In this document: positions 10,260-21,628 of the stretch, piece by piece
Layout of the letters: each line of letters opens with the position of its first letter
Numbering within the stretch: position 1 is the stretch's first letter
IMG/VR virus record: IMGVR_UViG_3300021963_004241
Span: 32,001-96,000 of that record
Strand: one strand, 5' to 3'
Source: a virus
DNA length: 64,000 bases
Program-made: the position numbers and the translations under genes
The notes under the pieces: generated by a model
Seen by the model: the letters and a program-made list of their open reading frames with translations, nothing else
Databases searched by the model: none
What the model was told of the DNA's origin: nothing

Positions 10260-11678
10260 TTACCAAGTGTCGCCGGACCAAGCAACACGCTTCCAAATGT
10301 TGTTTACACCGTTGTAGTTTGCTGTACAGTAATAGATATACGAACTGTTAAATGCTACAGATCCAATATAATCGCCACTGGATCCGATGCTAGTAGCAGG
10401 CACAGCAGCCATTATCCTTACCCGTTGATCGGTTATCACGATTGATTGGCCATTTGCTAGATTACCATCGCCAATCTGTATTTGGCTTTGCCCGACATGG
10501 CCAAGATAGTTGGCGTTCACTGTGCCAAACTCGCCAACATGTCCAGTAGCAATAATATCACCCGGGGCTGTTAAAGTGCCATTTTCATTGAATGTCCAGT
10601 TGTTATTAGTAGTTCCTGAATCGCTTCTAATGACGACGTGTCTCTCAGCGGCTAGGATCGCATCATTAACACCGTCTATTTCAAGACCTGCGGATGAACT
10701 TGGAGATGCTAGTAGTCCGATAAAATCGCCTAAACCATATATTCGAGCGTCAGTTCCAAGGGTTATTGCGCCGGGCACTGTTAATATACCACCGTTATCA
10801 AACAGCCATTCGTAAGGTCCAGAACCGGTTCTGATTACCACTTCGCCGTCGTTTCCCGAGCCACCTGTGCCTGCTTGGATGTAAATGCTACCGCCGTCGA
10901 CAGCACCTGTACCTGATTTAAGAGTAACTGTTCCGCTACTGGCGCCAGCTAATAGAGAATCCATACTACCAAACGTAGCCTGTACTTCAGCCGAACTTAG
11001 GTACGATCCTTGAGCAGATTCTAGTTCTCCATTATTTTTAAATCGCCATTCCCCATTAGTTCCGTCTGTGGCCGCTAGAACAACACCTCCAGACAAACTG
11101 GAAAGTAATAGGTCATTGCCGTTTTGTTGGATTCTAGTTTTTTCTACATTGTTAAGGTACATTGATAGTCTAGTTGTACCTTCTTGGTTGAGCACTATCT
11201 TATCTGTTCCATTTACTAATCTGTCTCCGGTTGGTATAGTTGGCTTGCCTGTGACATTGGCCCAAGCTACAGATCCTGCTGTTACACCAGAACCTCCAAC
11301 AGTTAGTTGTCCAGATTGATTAACTGCTATAGCAGTATTACCTAGATAGATAGTTGAGTTACTGACATACAAACTACGCCAAGGTTTAGCACTACTTCCT
11401 AGGTCTCCGCCGTTGGCTACGCTGGGTAATAGGTCTCCGCCTACAGTCAAGTTGCTGGTTACAGTTGTGGCTTGATCAATAACAATAGCACTACTATCTG
11501 TGGTACTTATAGTGCTGCCAGTAAATTCAAAAGCAGCAATATTCAAACCACCACTATTTAATCCAAGAGCGGTATAAAGTTCTGAAAAATTATCATTAAC
11601 TTTACCGAAAGCAGCTCTTAGGCTATCACCTTTTCTATCGTTGGCTGTTTGACCTATATTAATTGTTTTCTTTGTCAT
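10260..11678 (-). CDS. tail fibre/baseplate protein with gp9/gp10-like N-terminus
   Basis: INIGQTANDRKGDSLRAAFGKVNDNF; repeated WxFxxxGxL fibre units. Confidence 0.75.
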   Translation of the reverse strand: MTKKTINIGQTANDRKGDSLRAAFGKVNDNFSELYTALGLNSGGLNIAAFEFTGSTISTTDSSAIVIDQATTVTSNLTVGGDLLPSVANGGDLGSSAKPWRSLYVSNSTIYLGNTAIAVNQSGQLTVGGSGVTAGSVAWANVTGKPTIPTGDRLVNGTDKIVLNQEGTTRLSMYLNNVEKTRIQQNGNDLLLSSLSGGVVLAATDGTNGEWRFKNNGELESAQGSYLSSAEVQATFGSMDSLLAGASSGTVTLKSGTGAVDGGSIYIQAGTGGSGNDGEVVIRTGSGPYEWLFDNGGILTVPGAITLGTDARIYGLGDFIGLLASPSSSAGLEIDGVNDAILAAERHVVIRSDSGTTNNNWTFNENGTLTAPGDIIATGHVGEFGTVNANYLGHVGQSQIQIGDGNLANGQSIVITDQRVRIMAAVPATSIGSSGDYIGSVAFNSSYIYYCTANYNGVNNIWKRVAWSGDTW

Positions 11679-14600
11679 TATGCTCTTCCTACCGCTATTT
11701 GAATAGTACCGATATGATCCGAATCATAGTCTTCTATCGCCTTACCTATTAGTGTTCCAACAGCAACAGTTCCGGATGCTGCAATAGCCACTCCCGGTAT
11801 ACCTGAAGTTACCATTAGGTCTCCTTTTCTTATCTTACCTACAACCTTGCAGGGAACTCGACCGACCAACGCTACACAAGACTTGTTTCCTTGACAATCT
11901 TTGTTCATAATGTAAGCAGGATCAGTAGATACTACTCCAGCTATCCTATGATCATTTTTTACATTTGAAGTTGTTACTTCTTTATCACCACCAAACACTA
12001 AAACAGTACCGGCTTCATAATCTCTATCTGCTTCGTAATATTCTGCTAAGTCAGCATACGTAGCTTCTAATCGACCATCAACTGACCATCGACCTTTAAT
12101 ACTACCAGTGTCAGTATTATTCGCACCGGCCTCTATAGCCTGTACTCTTATTACTCCGCCAGTAGAACCATTTAAATTAGTAAAATCATGTCTAGAATTT
12201 GCATACAATGTTCGATCGTTATTCGAACCGCTGCTAGAACTTCCTAATGCAATGTATGGCGCACTTAACAATACCCCACTACGTCCGCTGATTTTAGTCA
12301 CATAACCATTGACAGCAGTTTCAAATGACAGTGCAGTGTAATCTGATGATCCGTCGTAAACCTGGAATCCACTTCTACCTATAACAAATCGACCTGCAAA
12401 GTCACCGTTGGTATTTCTTGCTACAAGAGTTGATCCAGTGATGCTAGTTGATGCAGAATCAATAACTTCGTAATCTGTATCTAATACACTACCGCTAGTC
12501 TGCTTTTGCCTTAAGAAACCGTTAGTTGAGTATTGACCTTTCTTGACAGCATTACCCTGATCAACTACAGTAGCAAATGTAACCGCACTAGGTACAGAAG
12601 CTCCACCGGATGCATTACCTACTACAGTTTTATCTGCAATAGATTGGATGCTACCTAATGTAATACCTCCACCTTTTAGAGTCACATAACCATTTACAAC
12701 TGTAAATGAACTTTGATCAAATACGCTTAATCCTCTTTCAGCAATAACGGTTCCGTTAACAGTACTGTTGGCTATAGTTGTTGGTACAGTAAATGATACA
12801 GCAGTTGATGACGGAGCAGGACTACCTAGCACTGTCCAGGTTCCGTTATATCCCGAAGGAGTCATTCCGGATACTGTTATCCTGTTACCGGCTGCAAATG
12901 GAATCGGATTTCCTGTTATTGCTGCAAAGGTTATCGTTGCTGTGGTGCTTGCACAACTAGCACCAGTTACAGTCATTCCACCATTGGCTAAACCTGATCC
13001 AGCTGTAGATGATGTTGTTGACACACTGTTAGTTAATGCCAGCTTAGTTTGATCGATAGCCGCACTAGAATTAACATCTGCATTTATAATAACGCCAGAA
13101 TTGATTTGAGCATTTAAAGTTCTTGTAGCTCTAACAGTTCCGAATGCTGTACCAGCTGTCAGTGTAGTTGTTACTGTAAATGTAGTCTGTAAGTTGTTAC
13201 TGGTTACTACAGTCCAAGTTCCATTATACCCGTCTGGAGTTACACCTGCTACAGTAATTGATTGACCGGTAGTGAACGGGGCAGATCCAGTATTACTATA
13301 ACCTAAGGTTGCAGTATTGGAAGCCCAGGTAGCACTAGTTAATGTAATTGGACTTGATGCTGCATTTAAAGTTACAGTCATGTCACCAGTCATAACAGCG
13401 TTAGTAAATTGATGTTCGGCTGTTACACTTTCGCTAGCATCTGCTACGTTGGTTCCGGTGAATACCAACAGATTACTTACACCAGGATTTAAACCAACCC
13501 AATCTTTGTTATGAGGAATACTTAACCATTGTCTTGTAACAGCATTTGATGCCGATGTCGGATTCAATAAATTAATAATCCTTCCATTGGTTCCCATGTC
13601 AAGGTTGCTCAACATAGGTAAGCCGCCGTTTCTAGACATGTATCCAGGACCAATTAAATTGGCTACGTTGGCACCAGTTCGATCTTGTCCTAATCTTCTG
13701 TCGATATAGGTTTGTGTAGCAAGGTCGGTTGTTACACTGTTATTTGAAACACTGCTAAATCCAGCATCAGAACTGAAGTTAGTGATCTGTTCACCTTGTG
13801 CTAATTGGATCGATGAAATGTTAGTTAAACTGATCTTGGCACTTAATTGTGCTTCACCAGTTGATTGATTTACACCAAAAAGTTTACCAACTTTGAAGTT
13901 ACCTTCCTGGTCGATAGTTGTATAGAACACACGGCCCTTGCCAACTTCTTTTGCTTCATTTGCAGGAATCTTTTCATTTGCAGGAACACCAAAGATATTA
14001 TTTGGATAGTTAGTGTCTGCATAAGATCCTGTGCCAATATCAAGAACGTCGTGTGCTGTGGCACGTACTGTAGAAATCTTGATAGTGATGCTAGCAGGAT
14101 GGCTTTGTTTTACGTTTGCAGTTATATAATCAGTAACAGCAGTCTGTGTTGTTGATCTTTGTGTTTGAGTTGTAACAAAGTCAGTGGTCAACGCACTAGT
14201 TACCCAACTTGTATCTGGACGATAAGTTACTTGTGCAGTTATAGTTAAGCCGGTACCGTTAGTGAAACTGGCTAATGTTGCACCACCGATAGTTGCTGCT
14301 AATGTAAATGTATTGGAAGCAGGAGTGCTAGACACATAATAGATAGTACCAGAAGTTAGTCCGTTGGCAGTAGAGTTTGGTATAACAGTATCGCCCGCTG
14401 ATAGATTGTGTGTAGCACTTGTAGTAAATGTATTATTGGTAGCAATAGTTGTAATGGTTACTCTAGTAGTATAACCATTTGTTACTGTATCGGATATAGT
14501 TGTTATTCTTGAAGTAACGAAATTCGAGGCCGCTAAAGTACCGGCTGTTCCACTTTGATCTTGTGTTAGATTGTTATTGGTAGATTTTGTTACTAGAGTT

Positions 14601-17600
14601 GCTTGTGCAATCTGTCCAAGTATTGTGCTCAATCTAGACAATGTATTAACAGTTGGAGTTAATTGATATGCTGGTTCTACAAACAATCCGTAGGTATAAT
14701 ATGATCTCGCTACTACCTGTGTTTGGGTGTTGCCGCCATAGGTCAAATCGTATCTAATAGCATCTAAAATATAACCAACATCTCTCTGACAAGTTAGATA
14801 ATCATAAGTGAAGCCGGGAGTAAATCCGTTTAGGCTTCCAGCCTTTTGAACTTCAATCCAACGATATATTTCTTCTACGATAAACTGTCTATTAGATTCG
14901 ATTAATCTGCGAGCATTAAAGAATCCTACGGTAAATGCATTATTAGTTCCGCCTGTAGGATCTGTTAATGTATAAACAGGGTAGAAATTAATAGCTGTGG
15001 TACTTAAATTGCTACTTAGATTTTTGCTAAGAACAACACTAGTTCCGTTGATTAGCTGTACAAATGTTGCACTCGGAATACCGGTAGCCACTGCTAATTG
15101 TCCAACTTGTATTCCAGTTGCGTTGGCTACAGTAATATTCGGTGTACCACTAGTACCGGTAGCTGTGGTAGTTGCTGCTGCGGAGTTAGAAGCAGCAATA
15201 GATGCCAGTGCTGTAGTAGGACCGTTGCTAAGAATGCTGATCAGATTGTTTAGATTAGCGATTACTCTAAGATCAAACGTACTGTCAGATGCCTGAGATA
15301 CTAGCAAATCTCTAGTTTTAGTGAATGCTAAGATAGTAGCAGTCTTTTGTGCTGTGCTAACAACATTAGTAGAAGTTAAATTTCTATAATATGATAATGC
15401 AGACTTGATAGTTGCTAGGTTGCTATTGAACATAGCATCAAATCCAACAGCATCGATTACATATCCTACGTCACGTTGGCAAGTTGATACATTATAAGTA
15501 AAGCCGTCTCCTGGTCCTACTAGTAGAGAGTAAGAGTTTACTAGACCGCTCAAACTGGCAGTTAGTGCTGTGTCAATATTGATTCTACCAGTAGACACAC
15601 CAGTGACCGCCGGGCTTTCATATGACAACACTCTATAATTTTGACCGGCATAACCGAATACGTATTGACCTGTATTCAGTTTAGCAATAGTTGTAGTATC
15701 TGTTAGTGCAGTAATACTAATTTGTTTACTGCCAACTGCACCGTGATATGTTCTACCAACCAATTGTTGATCAGTTGACACTGTCAGCGCCATGTATGTG
15801 TAACTATCTCTTAGATTGGCAACTGCTTCACCAGTGCCCCCAGATCTTACATAACCACCTGTGGTATAGTTAATAACTGAGTATACATTTAATGGATCAT
15901 CGTCGTTGAATAGTAACGCTGTTGAATTCTTCTGTGTAGTGATATCGTCAACATCAGTTAAGAATAGTTTCTTACTCTGTCTAATAGTAACTGACTGCGA
16001 GTTAGGAACCGATGCATAAAGTCCTGTAGTACCATCTGCTCTGGTAGTGGATGCCAATACAAGTTTAATTACTCCAGTTGGTAATCCTGAAGTATTAATA
16101 CTATTGATAGTATAAGTTAATATTCTCGGCATCAATCTTACTACAGGTGTTATGGTACCGCCGCTGACATAAGTTGTCACTGTTGCGTTAGCATAAGAAA
16201 TACTACCCGGAGTTGAAGCTGTAATAACTACGACACCGTTGTATCCTGCCGGACTAATTCCTGAAATTGTAACAGTAGATCCTACTAGGAATGGAGTTAC
16301 GTATGGTCCTGCTATTGTAGCGGTACCTGTCGGAGTTCCTATGACATTACATAGAACTTCAACATAAGTGGTAGTACAGGCAGTAACTTGCCAATAGTCA
16401 TTGTATCCTGTATAGACAGTAAATCCGCTGATTCTGATCTGATCGCCCACTGCATATGGCGCAGAACCTTGTGCGCTGGCAAATGTAAATCTAGCCGTAG
16501 TTCCGTTAGCAAAAGTAAATGTAGAACTGGCTAAAGAAGTTAGTGTAGTTGATGCCTGGACAGGATTAAATGTAACAGTCGCTGTTCCGCCTCCATTGCC
16601 ACTAGCACCGGTTATACTGATAGGTGTTAACGAGTAAGTTCCAGTGGCAGCACTAGTATCGAGATTAAGAGTGATAGTACCACCGGAAGTATCAACACTG
16701 TCAACTACAAATAAATTTTTACTACTGTTGTAATTTAATAAACCAGATAATGTTCCGCCGGCGTATGGAAGTCCGGATACCTGTACATAATCTTGGCTAG
16801 CAAAGTAACCTGCCGCTATTGATCCTACTGCTAACTGTGTCTTAGCACCTTTAGTTACGGCTGTAAAACTAACTCCAGTCTGTGCGTTAGAATTCTTAAA
16901 GTGCGCTATTTCGATCTGGCTGTCAGTTAATGGAATATAGGTATAATTGTTAATGTAAAGCTCAACACCGTTTTGAGCGTTAGAATATTGTCCTACATTA
17001 TAAATTGTTGCAGATTGGCTGAAAGGATATCTTGTTCTTACGGCATCTGGAATTTCTTTTGGATCGCTGCCCTCTGCTCTTAACGCATACACACCGTTGG
17101 CGCTTGATCCACCAACTGAACGGATCTGTCCACCGTTTAATGCATAATAAGCATTGTAGCAGTAGTAAGTGAACATACCAACTGCTTCACTGATACCGCC
17201 ATTGGTAGTAAACAGACCGTAACCCATGTCGTTAAGTTGCGTCCAGTCGTTACTTAAAATACTTCTATTACCAGCTGTAATCAGTTCAAACAGTTCAGCA
17301 ACGGTTCCACCGGTTCCGGATGCTGTTTCACCGCTGATAAAACTTACAGTGCTAGTAGTACAATCTGTTACAGTCCATACACCGTTATATCCTGTAGCAG
17401 TAGTACCAAATCCTGTTACTGTAATTTGATTACCAACAGTAAACGGTGCAGTTCCTCTGGTTGCGAATGTAATGGTTGCCACACTTCCTGTTCCGGCAAC
17501 TGTACAAGGTGTGATCAAACCAGCTAATGCATTGGTGTAAGGGGTTGATGAATCTAACACTAGAGTAGCACTAGATCCAGTTGGATTGTAAACAAAGTTA

Positions 17601-20587
17601 CGTAGATAGTTTACTTTGTAGTTGACTCCCTGTACTGTAAAGATACAAGGTAACTGTGGTCTTCTAAATAGTTGATCTACTTCAAGAGTAAAATTGTCAG
17701 TCTTTGATTTAATTCTAAATCTTTGATTACCAGTGTATCCGTCTACAAAGATACCTCCACGGAATGATTGTTTGTTGATACTAGCAGAGAATATAGATCC
17801 TTGCTGTGAATACGGAGACTTAGTAAGTATTTGTCCTTCGGGGTCAAGTACCTGCGCCATTCCACCGTGACCTTGTACAGTAATCTGCCTTAAAATATTA
17901 GCATCATTTAATAAGAATACATCCATTTCTGAATTATTCTTAGGGAAGTTTACTTGGCTAGGTTGATCTAGCATCTGAGAAATAACATTGACTAGTGTAG
18001 ATAATGTTGTTCTGGAGCTAGGAATATTTTGACTAGGGTTACCTGGCTCAGCAGTTAGCGCAAAGTTGATGACCTGAACAGCATCTGGGTCTGTGTTTAA
18101 TCTTGTATGAGGTGTGTTTGTAACGACCTTGTCAGCCAGTGTACCTAAGTGTGCTACAGCAGCAAGAGTTAATGGTTTCTGACTTCCCGATCCAACCGGA
18201 GTTAATCCTGCGTCGACAGAACCAGTTAATCCAATGGCTATAAGTCCACTGGTACTTTGATAATATTTTAATGCAGATTCAACAGATCTGGTATAGCTGC
18301 CATAGATTAAATCGTAGGCCAACGCATCGACCATTAACCCCACGTCTCTTTCGCATAGTGTTTGATTATATGGAACTAGTCCCGGTAATGTGTTTACATA
18401 AGCTACTACTTCTTTTTGTAAGAATAATCTGTTCAAACTTAATAGAGTTGAAGCGTTATAGTTCTTACCGATATTGTTAATAATAGGCCAGATTGGTCTA
18501 GAGTTATCTCTTAGATAATGATAACCGTATTCAAGAACAGTTCGCAAATACCAATTTCCCGCCGTAGCAGTTGTTGTACTGGTTAACTCATCATAAACCT
18601 GTACAGTAAATTGTGTTGAAGAAACGATGCTTCTAACAATACCTTCGCCTCGATTCATTCCAAATACTTTACCTAACCAGTTAACATTGGCACTAGCAGT
18701 ACCAATAGTTACGGTGATAAGACCGTTTATTCCGCTAGGTGTTGCTGTAGTATTAAGAGCATCAGCATAGTTAGGACCGCTCAAGCCTGTTACTCTGAGA
18801 TTATCGATTACAGGATCTCTTCTGAAGTAAATCTGGGTATACGGACTGGTACTGATTCCTGGTTTAGGTCTAATTAAAGTTCTACGGAATTCTTCACCAA
18901 TTAAAGATATATTTGGTGGAATACGCAAAGGTAAGTTTTCTTCAAATACACCAGACTCCATCTGGATGGTAATTTGCTTATTCTTTACAAGTTCGCCATA
19001 GAGTAATTCTTCACCGTTAATAAATTCACCCTGCAAGATACCTACATCAAACATTTCGTTATTACCGCTACCTGCAGGATAACCATTTGCTGGTGTATCT
19101 AGAGATGCACTATGGCTTAATATTTCTGCTACAGCGCCAGAAGTTGCTCCTTTGATACCTAACCCTTCTCTGATGTCTTGAGATCTTGGATCAACGCTCT
19201 TTGAAAAATCTGTTTTGATTCCGTTAGTGAATATAAAAAGTCTAGGCAATCTTACTGTAACTGTTGGGATAGCTGTATATCCAGTTCCGCCAGCTAATAA
19301 AGAGACCGTTGTAACAACCCCGTCAGTAACGTTGGCCACTGCGCTAGCTCCACTACCAGTTCCGGAAATCGTAACACTGACTGGTCCGTACCCAGTGCCC
19401 CCATCGAAGATACTTAATTCTGTTACTTTATATGTTAGATTAAATGTTGCACCGGCACCAATTGCTGTTAGTTGAGACCCTGGTGCAGAAGTTACTGTAG
19501 TTGATACATTAGTAGTTCCAGGTAAACTGCTATAGTTTCCAGAACTTAGTCTTTGATAAGTTAGGATAGCACCATTTGATGTGTTAATAGACAACACTCT
19601 ATAAGATGCTTGTGCAGAATATGAACCGCCCTGGATGGTTAGCACGTCGCCGACACGATAACCAGTTCCTGTATTATTTAGAGCTTCAACTTCAACAGTC
19701 ATTCTAGCTCTAATGTCTGCGCCCGAACCGCTGTTAGGAGCAGTTTCGATTTTAGTTAATGTACAAGCCAAACCGTCGTTATAGGTTAATTTTTTAGCAT
19801 ATACACTAAGTTCGTATAATGATTCAGTTATGACTCTTTCGGCTTCTTTAACTGCTCTTTCAAGAGTCCTAAATGCGTATGCCGGAGATCTTCCCTTTCT
19901 ACTATCGGGAATATCTGTTCGATTATCGTTTCCTCCTAGATTCACATATAAAGAAGTTGTGCTGGCAAAACTAGAAGCATCAACATACGACTTAGTAGCA
20001 GCGATTAGGCCGCCATAATTATCATCGTCTTCTGCCCTAGGGGATCTTGACAGAACCAAAGGTCCAGTCATAGTTCCAAACGCTCTGTTGGTTATACCTG
20101 TAGCAGGATCTATAGCACTAACACCAGCTATACTTAATTTAGAATCTACATATGATTTTTTAGCAGCATCGTCCGCTGCCACAGGATCTGCAAGATTTTT
20201 AATTCTTCGTGCTATTCCGTCCGAAGTAGCGTTAAGATCGCCGCCCAATGCTGGACTTTTATCATTTACTATGCTCTGATTTAATGCTGTAAATGTAACT
20301 GTTCCGGCTGTTTCGTCGTGTGTGATAGTTAATCCTGTTGCGGCAACTAATCGACGGAATTCCATTCCTGTCTGATTATTGTTAACTACTAGGATTTTTT
20401 GTTGTTGATTGAGATACGATCCAGGAACGTCGTCGAGTCCTGTAAATCTTAGTCGTTCCCCTAATCCTAAAGAGCTGTAAAGCTCTTGGAAATTATCGTT
20501 TACTTTCTTAAACGAGTCGCGAATACTATCGCCTGTGCCGTCATTATCGGTTAAACCAACATCAATTATTTTTCTTGCCATGTTCAA
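11678..20587 (-). CDS. giant virion structural/tail fibre protein (2969 aa)
   Basis: gp9/10-like N-terminus (NDGTGDSIRDSFKKVNDNF), three CxRDVG repeats, Thr/Gly-rich beta repeats (GYNGxWTV), C-terminal YADLAEYY chaperone-like domain. Confidence 0.85.
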   Translation of the reverse strand: MNMARKIIDVGLTDNDGTGDSIRDSFKKVNDNFQELYSSLGLGERLRFTGLDDVPGSYLNQQQKILVVNNNQTGMEFRRLVAATGLTITHDETAGTVTFTALNQSIVNDKSPALGGDLNATSDGIARRIKNLADPVAADDAAKKSYVDSKLSIAGVSAIDPATGITNRAFGTMTGPLVLSRSPRAEDDDNYGGLIAATKSYVDASSFASTTSLYVNLGGNDNRTDIPDSRKGRSPAYAFRTLERAVKEAERVITESLYELSVYAKKLTYNDGLACTLTKIETAPNSGSGADIRARMTVEVEALNNTGTGYRVGDVLTIQGGSYSAQASYRVLSINTSNGAILTYQRLSSGNYSSLPGTTNVSTTVTSAPGSQLTAIGAGATFNLTYKVTELSIFDGGTGYGPVSVTISGTGSGASAVANVTDGVVTTVSLLAGGTGYTAIPTVTVRLPRLFIFTNGIKTDFSKSVDPRSQDIREGLGIKGATSGAVAEILSHSASLDTPANGYPAGSGNNEMFDVGILQGEFINGEELLYGELVKNKQITIQMESGVFEENLPLRIPPNISLIGEEFRRTLIRPKPGISTSPYTQIYFRRDPVIDNLRVTGLSGPNYADALNTTATPSGINGLITVTIGTASANVNWLGKVFGMNRGEGIVRSIVSSTQFTVQVYDELTSTTTATAGNWYLRTVLEYGYHYLRDNSRPIWPIINNIGKNYNASTLLSLNRLFLQKEVVAYVNTLPGLVPYNQTLCERDVGLMVDALAYDLIYGSYTRSVESALKYYQSTSGLIAIGLTGSVDAGLTPVGSGSQKPLTLAAVAHLGTLADKVVTNTPHTRLNTDPDAVQVINFALTAEPGNPSQNIPSSRTTLSTLVNVISQMLDQPSQVNFPKNNSEMDVFLLNDANILRQITVQGHGGMAQVLDPEGQILTKSPYSQQGSIFSASINKQSFRGGIFVDGYTGNQRFRIKSKTDNFTLEVDQLFRRPQLPCIFTVQGVNYKVNYLRNFVYNPTGSSATLVLDSSTPYTNALAGLITPCTVAGTGSVATITFATRGTAPFTVGNQITVTGFGTTATGYNGVWTVTDCTTSTVSFISGETASGTGGTVAELFELITAGNRSILSNDWTQLNDMGYGLFTTNGGISEAVGMFTYYCYNAYYALNGGQIRSVGGSSANGVYALRAEGSDPKEIPDAVRTRYPFSQSATIYNVGQYSNAQNGVELYINNYTYIPLTDSQIEIAHFKNSNAQTGVSFTAVTKGAKTQLAVGSIAAGYFASQDYVQVSGLPYAGGTLSGLLNYNSSKNLFVVDSVDTSGGTITLNLDTSAATGTYSLTPISITGASGNGGGTATVTFNPVQASTTLTSLASSTFTFANGTTARFTFASAQGSAPYAVGDQIRISGFTVYTGYNDYWQVTACTTTYVEVLCNVIGTPTGTATIAGPYVTPFLVGSTVTISGISPAGYNGVVVITASTPGSISYANATVTTYVSGGTITPVVRLMPRILTYTINSINTSGLPTGVIKLVLASTTRADGTTGLYASVPNSQSVTIRQSKKLFLTDVDDITTQKNSTALLFNDDDPLNVYSVINYTTGGYVRSGGTGEAVANLRDSYTYMALTVSTDQQLVGRTYHGAVGSKQISITALTDTTTIAKLNTGQYVFGYAGQNYRVLSYESPAVTGVSTGRINIDTALTASLSGLVNSYSLLVGPGDGFTYNVSTCQRDVGYVIDAVGFDAMFNSNLATIKSALSYYRNLTSTNVVSTAQKTATILAFTKTRDLLVSQASDSTFDLRVIANLNNLISILSNGPTTALASIAASNSAAATTTATGTSGTPNITVANATGIQVGQLAVATGIPSATFVQLINGTSVVLSKNLSSNLSTTAINFYPVYTLTDPTGGTNNAFTVGFFNARRLIESNRQFIVEEIYRWIEVQKAGSLNGFTPGFTYDYLTCQRDVGYILDAIRYDLTYGGNTQTQVVARSYYTYGLFVEPAYQLTPTVNTLSRLSTILGQIAQATLVTKSTNNNLTQDQSGTAGTLAASNFVTSRITTISDTVTNGYTTRVTITTIATNNTFTTSATHNLSAGDTVIPNSTANGLTSGTIYYVSSTPASNTFTLAATIGGATLASFTNGTGLTITAQVTYRPDTSWVTSALTTDFVTTQTQRSTTQTAVTDYITANVKQSHPASITIKISTVRATAHDVLDIGTGSYADTNYPNNIFGVPANEKIPANEAKEVGKGRVFYTTIDQEGNFKVGKLFGVNQSTGEAQLSAKISLTNISSIQLAQGEQITNFSSDAGFSSVSNNSVTTDLATQTYIDRRLGQDRTGANVANLIGPGYMSRNGGLPMLSNLDMGTNGRIINLLNPTSASNAVTRQWLSIPHNKDWVGLNPGVSNLLVFTGTNVADASESVTAEHQFTNAVMTGDMTVTLNAASSPITLTSATWASNTATLGYSNTGSAPFTTGQSITVAGVTPDGYNGTWTVVTSNNLQTTFTVTTTLTAGTAFGTVRATRTLNAQINSGVIINADVNSSAAIDQTKLALTNSVSTTSSTAGSGLANGGMTVTGASCASTTATITFAAITGNPIPFAAGNRITVSGMTPSGYNGTWTVLGSPAPSSTAVSFTVPTTIANSTVNGTVIAERGLSVFDQSSFTVVNGYVTLKGGGITLGSIQSIADKTVVGNASGGASVPSAVTFATVVDQGNAVKKGQYSTNGFLRQKQTSGSVLDTDYEVIDSASTSITGSTLVARNTNGDFAGRFVIGRSGFQVYDGSSDYTALSFETAVNGYVTKISGRSGVLLSAPYIALGSSSSGSNNDRTLYANSRHDFTNLNGSTGGVIRVQAIEAGANNTDTGSIKGRWSVDGRLEATYADLAEYYEADRDYEAGTVLVFGGDKEVTTSNVKNDHRIAGVVSTDPAYIMNKDCQGNKSCVALVGRVPCKVVGKIRKGDLMVTSGIPGVAIAASGTVAVGTLIGKAIEDYDSDHIGTIQIAVGRA

Positions 20588-20652
20588 TACCCTGGAAAAA
20601 TGGTTACTTCAATATTTAGCCCAAAGTTTGATAAGCCTAATGTAAATATTAG

Positions 20653-20940
20653 ATGTTCTTAGATATTGAGACAGTCGTTTCGGAATATAAACGACCAAGC
20701 AAATTAGGCAATGAGCACACCTACACGCGAACTAAAACTGTCGCAGTGTTTAGGTGTGATAATTGTAATGAAATCTTTAAAAGAGATCTAAAGAAGATTG
20801 ATCGCAAACGATTAAGCAACAACTACTTTCACGTGTGCTCAAACTGCGATGCCAAGAGATTTGCCCAAAGAAAAGGTGTAGAGCAAAAGAATATATGGAA
20901 TTTGCCGGCTAGCAGCAATTTACCTGTGGGAAAATATTAG
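20653..20940 (+). CDS. small zinc-binding protein
   Basis: CDNC...CSNC motifs; preceded by TAAATA. Confidence 0.7.
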   Translation: MFLDIETVVSEYKRPSKLGNEHTYTRTKTVAVFRCDNCNEIFKRDLKKIDRKRLSNNYFHVCSNCDAKRFAQRKGVEQKNIWNLPASSNLPVGKY

Positions 20941-21257
20941 ATCCTAAAAGATTCTCCACACCCGCATCGATCTTTTTCTAAAGGATTTATAAAGTCGAAC
21001 CCTTCGTTTAGCCCGTTACGTTTCCAATCCATTGTTAGTCCTTCTAAAAACGTAAGACTTTTTGGATCTACGAATACGTGTACTCCGTAGCTCACAAAGC
21101 TAATATCTTCTAATCTAACGGAATCTACGTATTCTAAAGCGTAGGCATACCCGCTGCAACCGGTAGTTTTAACTCCGATTCGGATACCTAATCCTTTGCC
21201 TCTGCGTTCTATTTGTTGTTTTACTTTATCGGCTGCTAACTCAGTCAGTGATATCAT
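20937..21257 (-). CDS. iscA: Fe-S cluster carrier IscA
   Basis: TGCSGYAY and CGCGESF motifs. Confidence 0.95.
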   Translation of the reverse strand: MISLTELAADKVKQQIERRGKGLGIRIGVKTTGCSGYAYALEYVDSVRLEDISFVSYGVHVFVDPKSLTFLEGLTMDWKRNGLNEGFDFINPLEKDRCGCGESFRI

Positions 21258-21627
21258 GTTTCTTTTTGTAGTCTTCTATGGCTGCTTTAATTGCGTCTTC
21301 TGCTAGGATAGAACAATGTATTTTAACCGGAGGGAGCGCAAGCTCTTCTGCAATCTGACTATTCTTAATCTGTGTTGCTTGGTCAAGCGTTTTGCCCTTA
21401 ACCCATTCAGTGACCAATGAACTGCTCGCAATAGCACTTCCGCAACCATAAGTTTTAAACTTAGCATCTTCGATAATTCCTTGATTATTAACTTTGATTT
21501 GCAATTTCATTACATCACCACAGGCAGGTGCACCGACCATTCCTGTGCCAATAGTATCATCTATTTCGAACTTGCCCACATTTCGTGGATTTTCATAATG
21601 ATCAATTACTTTTTCAGAATATGCCAT
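21241..21627 (-). CDS. iscU: Fe-S cluster scaffold IscU
   Basis: DHYENPRNVG, APACGDVM, YGCGSAIAS, LPPVKIHCS. Confidence 0.97.
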   Translation of the reverse strand: MAYSEKVIDHYENPRNVGKFEIDDTIGTGMVGAPACGDVMKLQIKVNNQGIIEDAKFKTYGCGSAIASSSLVTEWVKGKTLDQATQIKNSQIAEELALPPVKIHCSILAEDAIKAAIEDYKKKHDITD

Positions 21628-21628
21628 A

